Position numbers and translations under genes: made by a program. A stretch of 64,000 nt of DNA, taken from NCBI RefSeq assembly GCF_009914755.1, contig NC_060928.1; one strand, given 5' to 3'. The DNA is from the human T2T-CHM13v2.0 reference genome, Homo sapiens. Shown in pieces: positions 54,211-64,000 of the stretch. Numbering within the stretch: the first letter of the stretch is position 1; each line of letters opens with the position of its first letter. A model generated the notes under the pieces. That model did not search any database, was not told the DNA's origin, and saw only the letters and a program-made list of their open reading frames with translations.

Positions 54211-55299
54211 GGCATGAGACTTAAGAGCAGGAGTTGAGTGAAGTCTGAGTCTTACTCCCCCGAATTCTCTGTTAGATTGTAGAATTTGATACATCCCTTT
54301 ACCAAAAGTTTCAGCTCCCCTTTGGATTTTTCCAATAATTTCCTCAAATTGCTCCTTTAGGCTAAAGAGTGGTACTAGTTGCTTCTATTGTAAGCCTGGA
54401 TAAAAACTATTCCCTCTTGATTTTCCTAAAGCCAGCCAATACCATTGTAGAGTGTCCCTTCATTGAAATCTCCATAGTCCCCCAGTGTGGGCATGTCAAC
54501 TGTTTCCTACTGGGAACCTGACTGATACAGATATCAAAGTTACACTGACTTCAAAATGTGAATTGTGCATCTTCCTTTCTTTCCTACTATAAGATATAAG
54601 TTGTGTACAATGGATACATATTTTTTGACAGTTTGGTAGAACTCACCTATAAAATTATAGTTTTAGGGCAAGGATTTAGTGGTAGAGAATAATGTGTACA
54701 AATTTTCTATTTCTATGTTAATTTTAGAGTATTATGCAAAATAGATATTGCAAAAATATCTAATTAGTATTTCAAGTTATTGGCATTTAGCAGTTTATAA
54801 TATTCTTTTGAATATCTTTCACACCTGTAGCTGTATTCCCTTTTCTTTAATATTTTATTTATATGTTCTCTCTCTTCTAGTAAGGTTGCAAAAAGTTTAG
54901 CTTTTCAATGTCATTTCAAACAGTTTTTAAATTCTTTGGCTTTCTCTGTCATTGGGTTCATCCATGACCTTTATAACTTCATTTTCCTTATGTACATGGT
55001 AAAATAGATAAACGCATTTAAATTATGAGTGAAATATGAAGTAAGGAGATAAACTTTTATGCGTTGTTTGGGAAAAATGTCCCAAACTTCCTAAAATGAT
55101 CAAAACATCTAAGAAAGTATTGCCACTATGGATGTTATGGATATATAAATGTTCATCATTGTATTTTTTTAATCCTTGATTTTGGAATGTTTGGATTAAC
55201 TGATAACATGTGAATGAGAAAAGGCATTTAATTAAGCTGCAAAGATATTACCAAGGCAACTTTCAAAGTATAACTATAATCATCCATTCTGTTTAGTAG

Positions 55300-55815
55300 C
55301 ACCTTAGGTGACTCTTTAGATATCCTCAGCCTCGTCTGTCTTCATTGGCCTCCACCATAACAGCAGACTCTGAGTAGCTACTCAGAATTCTGCTGAGGCT
55401 GAGCAAGCACGTGTCTGAATTCAATATTAAAGCAGTCCAGTAATAAAATCTAGTTTATTTGGAGGAATTAATTCCCTGTGGAATGAAATTTATCTAATGA
55501 AACAGAGAAGGGGACAGAGCTAGCATATAAGTTTATCTCCCTCCCTCCAACAGAATGTGTGAGGCATTTTTTTAATACAGTTTGTTTAGTGACAGGCTTG
55601 ATAAAAGGGGCCTTACTGAGTGACCATCTGTGCTTCCTTGCAGCAATTTGGAAGCACAGTAACTTATCACCTTGCTATTGCTGTCCAACTGACCCTGCCT
55701 GCTTCCCTATCCTTCACTCTCACTAGCCTGAGACTGTACTTCTCAACTAAGCTTTGGCACTTACGTGTTTTGTTTTGTTTTGTTTTAAGATTCTGTTCTC
55801 CAGGGAACAGATCTA
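55300..55815 (+). mobile_element. LTR16-like ERVL LTR
   Basis: GGAATTTAATTCCCTGTGGAATGAAATTT...CCCTGCCTGCTTCCC...TCTGTTCTCCAGGGAAC. Confidence 0.45.
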
Positions 55816-56314
55816 TATCAATCACTTAGCATCTAACAAGAAACCCTATGTGAAAGAGGACTTACTCTCCACTTTGGAAAAAAGAATTACTCACTTTCTA
55901 GTGGAAAAAAAAATGATAGTTTTGGAGATTCATGATTTTGAGATACTTTTCCCTCTCTCAACTTTGGCAATGCGGAAAGTGAAATAGCAAGAAGTTTGGA
56001 CCAGTCCTGGCCTGTGGTCTTCCCAGTCACCTTATATCCCCATAACTAAGTTTCCTGGACAGGTATGGAGCTTCTGAACAATTCAACCATGATTATCTTA
56101 GATTTCTTTTCTACCTTCCAGGAAAAGCCCCACATTTCCAAAGAAATACAATATTCTTAAGTAAAATGACATTCCTGAGAGTAACTCTTCTCATCTTTTT
56201 TTGAATCCTGAAAAGATTCCTAAAATGTTAACCTTTGTTTCAAGTCATGATAGCCTTGGGAGAAAATATAGTCTCAAGAGGATTTATTCAAATATATTTT
56301 TCTGTGTAAAATCA

Positions 56315-57045
56315 GAACCACAATAAGCCACAGGGAGGATGGCTATATTATGAAATTAGGAAATGAGACAAAAACAAAACTAGTGATGGAAATGATGTGA
56401 AGAAATTGGAATCCTTGTATGTTGCTGGTATAATGTAAAATGGTGCAGCCATTGTGGAAAAAATTTGATGGTTTTTCAATAAGTTAAACTTAGAATTACC
56501 ACAGAGCCCAGCAATTCCACCCCTGGGTATGTATGCAAAAGAATTGAAAACAGGTGTTCAGGCAAAAACTGGTACACGAATGTTCACAGCAGCACTATCC
56601 ACAATAGCTAAAAGGTGGAAACAACCCAAATATCCATCGACTGATGAATGGATAAAGAAAATGTGGTATTTCCATAAAGTGGAATATTTTTTCACTGTAG
56701 AAAAGGAATAAATACTTACACATGCTACCACAAGGATGAACCTTGAAATATGCTAAGTAAAAAGCCAAACATGAGAGGCCACATATGCTCCTATTTACAT
56801 GGAATGTCCAAAAAAGGCAAATCTATATATAGAGAAATGAGATTAATAGTTGCCACAAGCTGGGAGGAGAGAGGAATGAGAAGTGACTGCTTAAAGGGTA
56901 TCAGGTTTTTTGAAGGAAGTCATGAAAATGTTCTGGAATTAGATACTAGTGATAGTTGTACAACATTGTAAATGCACACTTTGTTATGCATAGTGAATTT
57001 TATGTTGTGTGTCTTACCAGAATAAAAGATAAATAAATAACTAAA
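56315..57045 (+). mobile_element. L1MB-like 3' end
   Basis: GTAAAATGGTGCAGCC, CCCAGCAATTCCAC, GGTGGAAACAACCCAAAT, GAAAATGTTCTGGAATTAGATA. Confidence 0.88.
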
Positions 57046-60000
57046 ATTAATGTATTTATCTGAATCTACCCCACCTGATCTTTACAAGCTCGTGATCCTT
57101 TTCTAAAATAATTCCCAACTTGTTATTAAGAGTCCCTGGGGTAGGGGATTAGGGGGAAGAAAAGTAGTTTCTTAAGTGAATCCTGTGAATTAATCCTCTT
57201 TAATAATTATTCTGTGCCACTACTTTCTTCTCTTTTAATACCGACTGGCTGTGATCATATCTTCTATAGCGATTAATGACAAAAACAATAGCTTTATCAC
57301 AAATGACCACTGAAGGTGCCAACTCAAATGCTGATATCTGTACTCAAGGTCAGAGGCTGCCTTTGTTTTTTTTTGTTGCTGTTGTTTAATTCACTTATAA
57401 TCTGCTTCGTTTCAAAAATGCCTTGAGTTACCGAATGCCTATGTCAAGAGCAGTTATGTCTGTGCCCATCATTGCCAGGTCTACCTATGTAAATGTGACT
57501 GATGCTTTACAGAGTGATTTCACAGGCAGATTTTAGGAAAATAACTATTTCAGTTTTTACTTGTTCTTTCTTTGGAGACTGTTGACCTAGTTCTAAGACT
57601 TGAAACCCGAAAATGACCGAGTGTTGGGAATAACTGACTCTCCCATTGGTGCACTGGGAAGACATTCATGCAAGAGCCACCATCATATGGCCCATTGGCT
57701 GCTGGCAAGAATGATGCCAGCTTGTGCCCTAGGATTTTGCTCCGGGCTTGTCCTGCATGAAGAACCTCTCCACCCCCCCTCATCCCCGCAACACCCCACC
57801 CTGCTCTCTTTACAATCTCTCACAATCCTGATAAGCAACAAATGAAAGTGGTGGTATTTAGACAAAAACTTCTAACATGTATATGTATGAGAAAACTAAT
57901 TGAGATTTCTTCTGAGCCAAGACTGTGATAAAACAACCCACTATGGTAGTGTCTCTGAAACAAAAAACCAGCAAACAACAAAAAAGGATTCTAGGGACTA
58001 GTAATCTTTGAGTGTGAATCTGGAATAATATAAATTTCAAGATTTCGTATAGGAAGGAAAAATTTGCTTCTCCTAGGGGCCCAGTAAATAGAAGTTCTAT
58101 GAAGATAAAATGGGGAAATCAAGCTAATCGAAAAATGCTGAGTTTGAATTGAAATTGTATACCCTTGCTTAGAGAAATTTTCTGAATTAATGTTCAATGT
58201 AATATAGACACAATTACAGAAATTAATAGTACCACCAAACTGGGTTACATTTAAATTTCTAATTCTTTAAGAGGGATCCATTTGAATGGGGATATTATTT
58301 TTATTTTTAAAAAGCCTTCCATCTACTGAAAAATTCTATGTGTAATCTATATATTACACATACCAGATAGCTAATAAATATATTTTCAATGAAAGAATAA
58401 AGAGCTAATATTAGACATAATTCTACAAAAATTTCTTATAATTGGGAAACATTCATTTGCTAATTTTCTATAATACAGTTTATTTGTTAAATTTTCAAAA
58501 CAGAAATATTTTTTATGTTTCCATATCATTTTTGAAAAATATGAGAACATTTTTCTGTCATGATGAACAAAATACTGTGTGAGGATCAAATGGCATTGAT
58601 TTGATCAAGGCAGCTAAATTTCTTTTTAGATGAAAGACTTATTTGGCATTCTAGAAAGTAATTTTATTAGAGGATTGAAGATTCCAGAAAAAGTGGTATT
58701 GAAAATTATTGACATTAAAAGAAAGGAATGTAAGCTAAATAATGGCAGGATATGAAAAAAAGTCTAGGCAGAATTAGAGTATTATACATCTGAAACAAAA
58801 AAGTATGCTGCAATCATAACTATAGCCTACAATGAAAGATAGAATAACTAGCCTATATGTAACAAAAGTTACAAATTGCTGATAAGCTGGAAGGAAAAAA
58901 TGAAAGAGCGTGGTGCTTTGTGAATTAGAAAAGTTTGGTAGGTATAAAGAAATTGATAAACTAAAAATTGTAATAGTCATAATATTAATTCCCTCAACAA
59001 TTATATTTTTAAAGCTAACATGTGTTGACGTTGACCTTTCTGTTAAATGCTGAAAACGCAAAAACAGAGATGATTTAAAGACCCCTAGGAGTTGATACTC
59101 TAGAGATAGAAAAGGATATGTATGAGAAAAGAAAAAAACAATACAATTTGCTAAGTGCTTTTATAGACGCATGAACAAAGTGTTTTAACAATATAAACTG
59201 GGGAATTGTTGGAACTCTCTGATAGAGTTGCCAAAAACATCACTGAGAAATGGTGGCTAAGCAGGATACTAATGATCAGTTGCTATTGACCGGGTCTAGG
59301 GAAATGTTTCTGGACCACATGTGATAGTGGATGACTGTGGATAAGAACATTGCAAACAGAAGAGAAAAAGAGACTGAAATAAATACGAAGTATTTTAAAG
59401 CCAGACTCTCACCACTGTAAGTTTCACAGCCATCGTAGTTCACAATTAGCTGACAAGAAATGAAGTGCATAAGAGCAACATAACATTGCTTTTCTGTAAT
59501 TTTACCCTTACCATTTCTAATATCATGACATCCAAAGTTATAAAAAGAATTTTGGCATATCTTGGCATTGGCTATAACACTTCCTTTTCCTCCTCTGGCT
59601 TAATCACAAAGCCGATTTGTTCATTTTCTCTCTAATGCTTCACTAGTCATATCTTTCCAATTTCCACTACAGTGTGAGTGTTGAATGTGTGTGTGTGTGG
59701 GGGGGTGCTGATTGTGTCCTGATCACTGTATTAACAAAGAAACAGATTGGAAGTAGGCAAAATTTGTCTTTTTATATGTCACTTTGAATACCACTTTCAC
59801 CCCCTAAGGTATCCTTTCTTGGCCCTGGCATAAAATCTTATTAATAATTCATATTCAAAGCATTCCTTCTACCAAGTAGAATTTATATGCTAAAGGAGGT
59901 TAGAATAACAATTCTCCATAATGATATGATTTCAGCATCCATAGCACATGAGAGAGAAAATACCTGGGGGAAGGGAAAGTCTTCAACGTATTCCATTCTC

Positions 60001-60129
60001 CATCATGTTGCAGACAGACATCTATTTCTCCCCAATATATTACAAACTTGAATACAGAGTCCTCTAACTCATAATGAGAACATTAATGTTTATCACTTTA
60101 CTTTCTTAGAGTAATAGCATTATTTTCGT

Positions 60130-60350
60130 CAAAAACTTTATTCTTACAAAGCATTTTTATATACCTTATCTTATTTAAGCCCTGTTTGTTGATGTTGTTT
60201 CTGTTATTACTCCCATTTCAGAGATGGAGTAACTGTGGTTCAGTGAGGAATTAAGTGGCTTGCCTCAGGTGATATAAATAGTAGGTGGCAGATCCTAGGC
60301 TTGTATTCATACATGTTGTCTTTCAGTTGACTGCCATTCTTTCTCTACCT
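60130..60350 (-). mobile_element. MIR
   Basis: CCCATTTCAGAGATGGAGTAACTG...TTAAGTGGCTTGCCTCAGGT. Confidence 0.6.
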
Positions 60351-61555
60351 CTATGCTACCCTGTTCCTTGCTCCCTTAAAAGTTTCTCACCTATGATTTC
60401 AGGGCCCATCCACAGAGATAGTAAGTATGTGTAGGGCCACAGATATGCACTCTTCATATCAGGTATCTTAGATACAAGTAGTATAAACATCATAACTTAA
60501 GAAACAGAGATATAGAAGCTATCTTGGATGAATAAGTGATCAGGGCAGGGCAGAAGGTGGTTAGCACTCCAATTAATTAAGGTCAAGCCAAGGTAAAAGC
60601 AGGTCTTAGATGAAACAGATCTTTAGTTCTTCCACCTCTAGCCCATCTTGCTGCTGCACTCCAGCCCCCAGGTCATCACAGCGATAGCCACCCCTGCTTT
60701 GTAACACCCAACACAGGTTGGCCTTGCAATGCTCTAAGCTGCCTGCATAACTTAAATTCTTATTTCCCCAGATTAGAAGGAGGACTACCAATTAAACTTC
60801 ATTTTATGTTGTATCAACCAAATGGCTTGTATTAGAAGAGAAGTGGAAAGGTTTTTACCCCATGCAATAATTTTCATATTATGGAGTTTTTAAATAGAAA
60901 AGATTGTGAAATGAAAATCAGGAGGGCAACAGGACCTTTAGTCACTACAAAATTATTTCACAAAGATAGCCACATATTCTGAAAATGCATAGGGCTACTC
61001 TAAAATTGCTGAACAGCTATTACTTAAGAGTCTTATTGTTTTGTTCTTCTGGGATTTGTTTTGTATAATTTATGCCACACAAGGCATCTGTAAACAATGA
61101 CAATTTCTGATGTAAACATTAATACATTTATTTGGAAGTTTTAGCAAAAGGAAGTTTTCATGACCAGACTATGTGTAAAGAAAATGGCTGCACTGCAGAT
61201 AGAAGTAGGCTGAGGCAAACATCCGGTACAGCATGACACAGCAGGTTTGGAGTGCAGGCACACAACTCCATGCATTATATAATCATATTTATGTAACTAC
61301 TTTATGTGAGCTCATACCTAGCTCTGAGCCACTATTATCTGTCAGATGTATAAGTACGCTGCTGATGCTATGGAGAGAGGAGGAAATAAAGCCATGTCCC
61401 AACTGCTTACAGTCCCTTGAGTGTTCTTCCAGCTGCCTGCCACCTGTTCACCAACTCCCCTTGGACCCCAGCTCGGGTTGGAGCCCGATAATTGGTGTAG
61501 TCAGCAGTATCCTGAGGTGAGTGAACCCTTGGCCCCCAATGATCCCAAGTCAGCC

Positions 61556-62911
61556 ATGTGGAACCCCTCATGGGTTATGCTACACAGTGGCAGCTGTGCT
61601 GCTAGGATGGGCCCCAGTGGGAACATGGGCGGTGGTGGACAGGTCCCCAGAGACCATGGAGAAGGTGCTGAAGTACTTGGAAGCACACAGTACCAAGAAG
61701 GAGAGTGCCTTTGCTGGCAGAGTTGGAAGGGTGTTTTTGACAGGGCTACAGGAAGTGCTTGCTCAGTCCCTACGGGATGCAGCACAGGTAAGGAATCTCC
61801 TGGGGCAAGCAGAGCACCTGGAGGCCTGGATACACAGCTTGGAATGAGACCTGGGGACTGCTGTTAGTGGGGGCCTGAGCCCAGCATCCCAGTCAGAGAA
61901 CCCCCCACTTCGTCTGATACTCAGAAGGAAGAACCCCCATTGCGAGCTCACCCAGTAGTCCATCAGAAAGCAGAACACAAACAGCCACTGGGGCCCCAAG
62001 AGTGGGCTCAGGGAACCCCCACCATAATGGAGTACACTTCATATAGTGCCTATAGCCCAATCAAGTTGTGGGTATTAGGTAAACAGTGTCAACAGTGTCC
62101 AGGGGAACCCCTACCTGCCTGGATGCTTCTCCTTTGGGATGAAGGAGTGATTAGTATCTCTTGCTCTGCCTCTGAAATGGAAAAGTTGGCTTCCATCACA
62201 ACTCACCCCTCCCTCCTTCAGCAGTTGTAGGTGAGCAGGTGGTTAGCACAAGGGCAAGGTGACCACACCCTGCTTGAATGGCTGATGGTGGCCATATGGA
62301 CAGGAACGATGCCAGTGAAATATCAGAAACCATGAGCAAATGGCAGTCATATACAGATTTGGTGCAAGTAATCCAGGAGATGGGTATGTGGCAGGCTATG
62401 TTCGATCTGGATACACGAAGGCCAGATGATGAATGCTTTACTTCCCACATGAGGGACCTCGTGTTGGGTTCTGTGCCCCCAAGTGCCTTTGGCTTCCTGG
62501 TTGCTGTCCTCACCTGTATGTGGAGCACCACATACACGAAGTAACTACTGCCATGGTGGCCCTCAGGGAAGCAGAAGGCCATTGCTGGGACTGAGGGCTC
62601 CACACCATGAACAAGGGGAAGGACCCCTTTCTCAGGGGGCTCCCTCATGTGACAAAAAGGGGCCCCAACAAGTGACATGCACACAGATGTGGATTGATTT
62701 GATTTTGGCTGGGGTTGACCAGGAGAAAATTGGTAGGCAACCCAGTGAAGTACTATTAACTTTATGGAGGCAATTGTCCCTGGAGCAGCAATTCCGGAAA
62801 ATGCCTGAAAGGGAGAAGGACAATGTTGCTTGACCCAGTCCTGCCTGGACACTCCAGCTAAAAGACTACTTGAAGGCGGATGGGGGCATAGAATCTTTTG
62901 TGTTTGATTAG
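61556..62911 (+). pseudogene. Disrupted class III (ERV-L/HERV-S-like) gag
   Basis: Series of frameshifted ORFs after the PBS (VAAVLLGWAP.., GEPLPAWMLLLWDEG.., MWIDLILAGVDQEKI..) ending at TAG 62909-62911. Confidence 0.65.
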
Positions 62912-62949
62912 GGAACTGGCTGAGGTGCCAGCTTGGGGGGACACTGGAC

Positions 62950-63171
62950 AACTGGATGGCCTTAGTCATAGTAATTGCTGCCCAAGGTGGCACCTGTGCC
63001 CTTTTAGGAATACAATGTTGTATCTTTATCCCTGACAATCAACAGAACATAATGGCAGCTTTGCAGGGGCTGTCACAGGAGATTAAAGCAGTTGAGAACC
63101 TTACTGACAACCACCTACAGGCATGGTGGGCATCCCTGGGTGTTGGCCTATGCTGGACTCCCTTGGCCTAG
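62950..63171 (+). pseudogene. env TM fragment (immunosuppressive domain + CX6CC)
   Basis: NWMALVIVIAAQGGTCALLGIQCCIFIPDN matches the gamma-type TM ISD/CX6CC pattern. Confidence 0.8.
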
Positions 63172-63509
63172 GGAGTGGAGTGTAAGGAAAATGGCTGTGC
63201 TACAGATAGAAGTAGGCCAAGGCAAATATCCGGTATAGCATGACACAGCATGTTTGGAATGCAGGCACACAACCCTGTACATTATATAATCCCATTTATG
63301 TAACTACTTTATGTGAGCTCCTACCTGGCTCTGAGCCACTATCATCTGTAAGATGTATAAATACACTGCTAATGCTGTGGGGAGAGAGGGGAGAATAAAG
63401 CCATGTCCCAACTGCCTACAGTCCCTCGACTGTTCTTTCAGCTGCCCACCGCCCATTCACCAACTCCTTTTGGACCCTAGCATGGGATGGAGCCTGACAC
63501 TATGTATCT

Positions 63510-63700
63510 TAGTAGTAAAGAGCACCAGCTTTGGAGACAAGCTGATTCAAATGTCAAACAGTCATCCAGTAGCTGGCTGACAAGCATACCTCTCAATCCC
63601 TTATCTGTAAAATGAAGATCAAAATACGTGACTTTGAGGAAAAGGAAATGAAATAGATGTAGATACTAAGTCTTCAATAAAAGATGATTGTTATTGAAGG
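63510..63700 (+). mobile_element. MIR
   Basis: AGAGCACCAGCTTTGGAGAC...CCTTATCTGTAAAATG. Confidence 0.55.
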
Positions 63701-63705
63701 GCAAT

Positions 63706-64000
63706 ACAGTTGATTTCATTACTATGGTAGTTTTGTTCTATAAAGTCACTAAGAACAATGAATCAGCAAATATTGACCCATTGTTCCTAGAATAAATACA
63801 GGATTAGGTTCCTGTGAGGTTCTGGTCACATTTTTGCCAACTGATCAAATTGTTTTATGTGTGTTTCAGTTTAAAGACACTGTATTTCATACTTATTATT
63901 AATTCATTAACATTGAGCTCATGGCCAACAGCCCTGTAATTCTTGCCTAAATAATGCAGTTATTTTCTCTCTAAACCATATCACAACCTTCTTGTTCTTA
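63706..64000. mobile_element. MER6-like Tigger DNA transposon (runs off window end)
   Basis: TA|CAGTTG start, GTTCTATAAAGTC, TTAGGTTCCTGTGAG, TTCATTAACATTGAGCTCATGGCCAACAG. Confidence 0.7.

Larger units (their letters stand above)
61174..63499 (+). mobile_element. Internally deleted HERV-S (HERVL18/LTR18)-like provirus
   Basis: 5' LTR 61174-61490 and 3' LTR 63181-63499; perfect TSD CTATG (61169-61173, 63500-63504); PBS TGGTGTAGTCAGCAGTAT (61493-61510) near-complementary to the tRNA-Ser 3' end; PPT AGGGAGTGGAG before the 3' LTR. Confidence 0.88.

Noticed and set aside
62196-63038. 280-aa minus-strand ORF in the provirus
   Set aside because: Antisense to decayed gag/env and crossing the deletion junction, with no motif; most likely chance.

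Overview
Primate (very probably human) genomic DNA, AT-rich and dense in repeats, centred on the CpG-island promoter and first coding exon of KCTD8 (minus strand; GABA-B receptor auxiliary subunit). The exon encodes the BTB/T1 and H1 domains: ATG at 24247, phase-1 GT donor at 23286. Bases 1-23286 are intron 1 and about 24900-64000 is upstream intergenic sequence. The rest is transposable elements: four Alus, several L1s (including an internally deleted L1PA with intact ends and TSD), L2/MIR relics, MaLR/ERV-L LTRs, Tigger/hAT/mariner elements and a two-LTR, internally deleted HERV-S (HERVL18/LTR18)-like provirus with a Ser-tRNA PBS and a perfect 5-bp TSD. Most ORF-track entries are TE remnants or chance ORFs. 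I found no convincing new multi-gene system. The best leads are KCTD8 5' leader translation (a poly-Arg uORF and a stop-free in-frame extension with CTG starts), a possible H2-less intron-retained isoform, a divergent-transcription signature at the promoter, and the structures of the deleted provirus and L1. Repeat subfamily names are from visual recognition, not a RepeatMasker run, and many boundaries are approximate.
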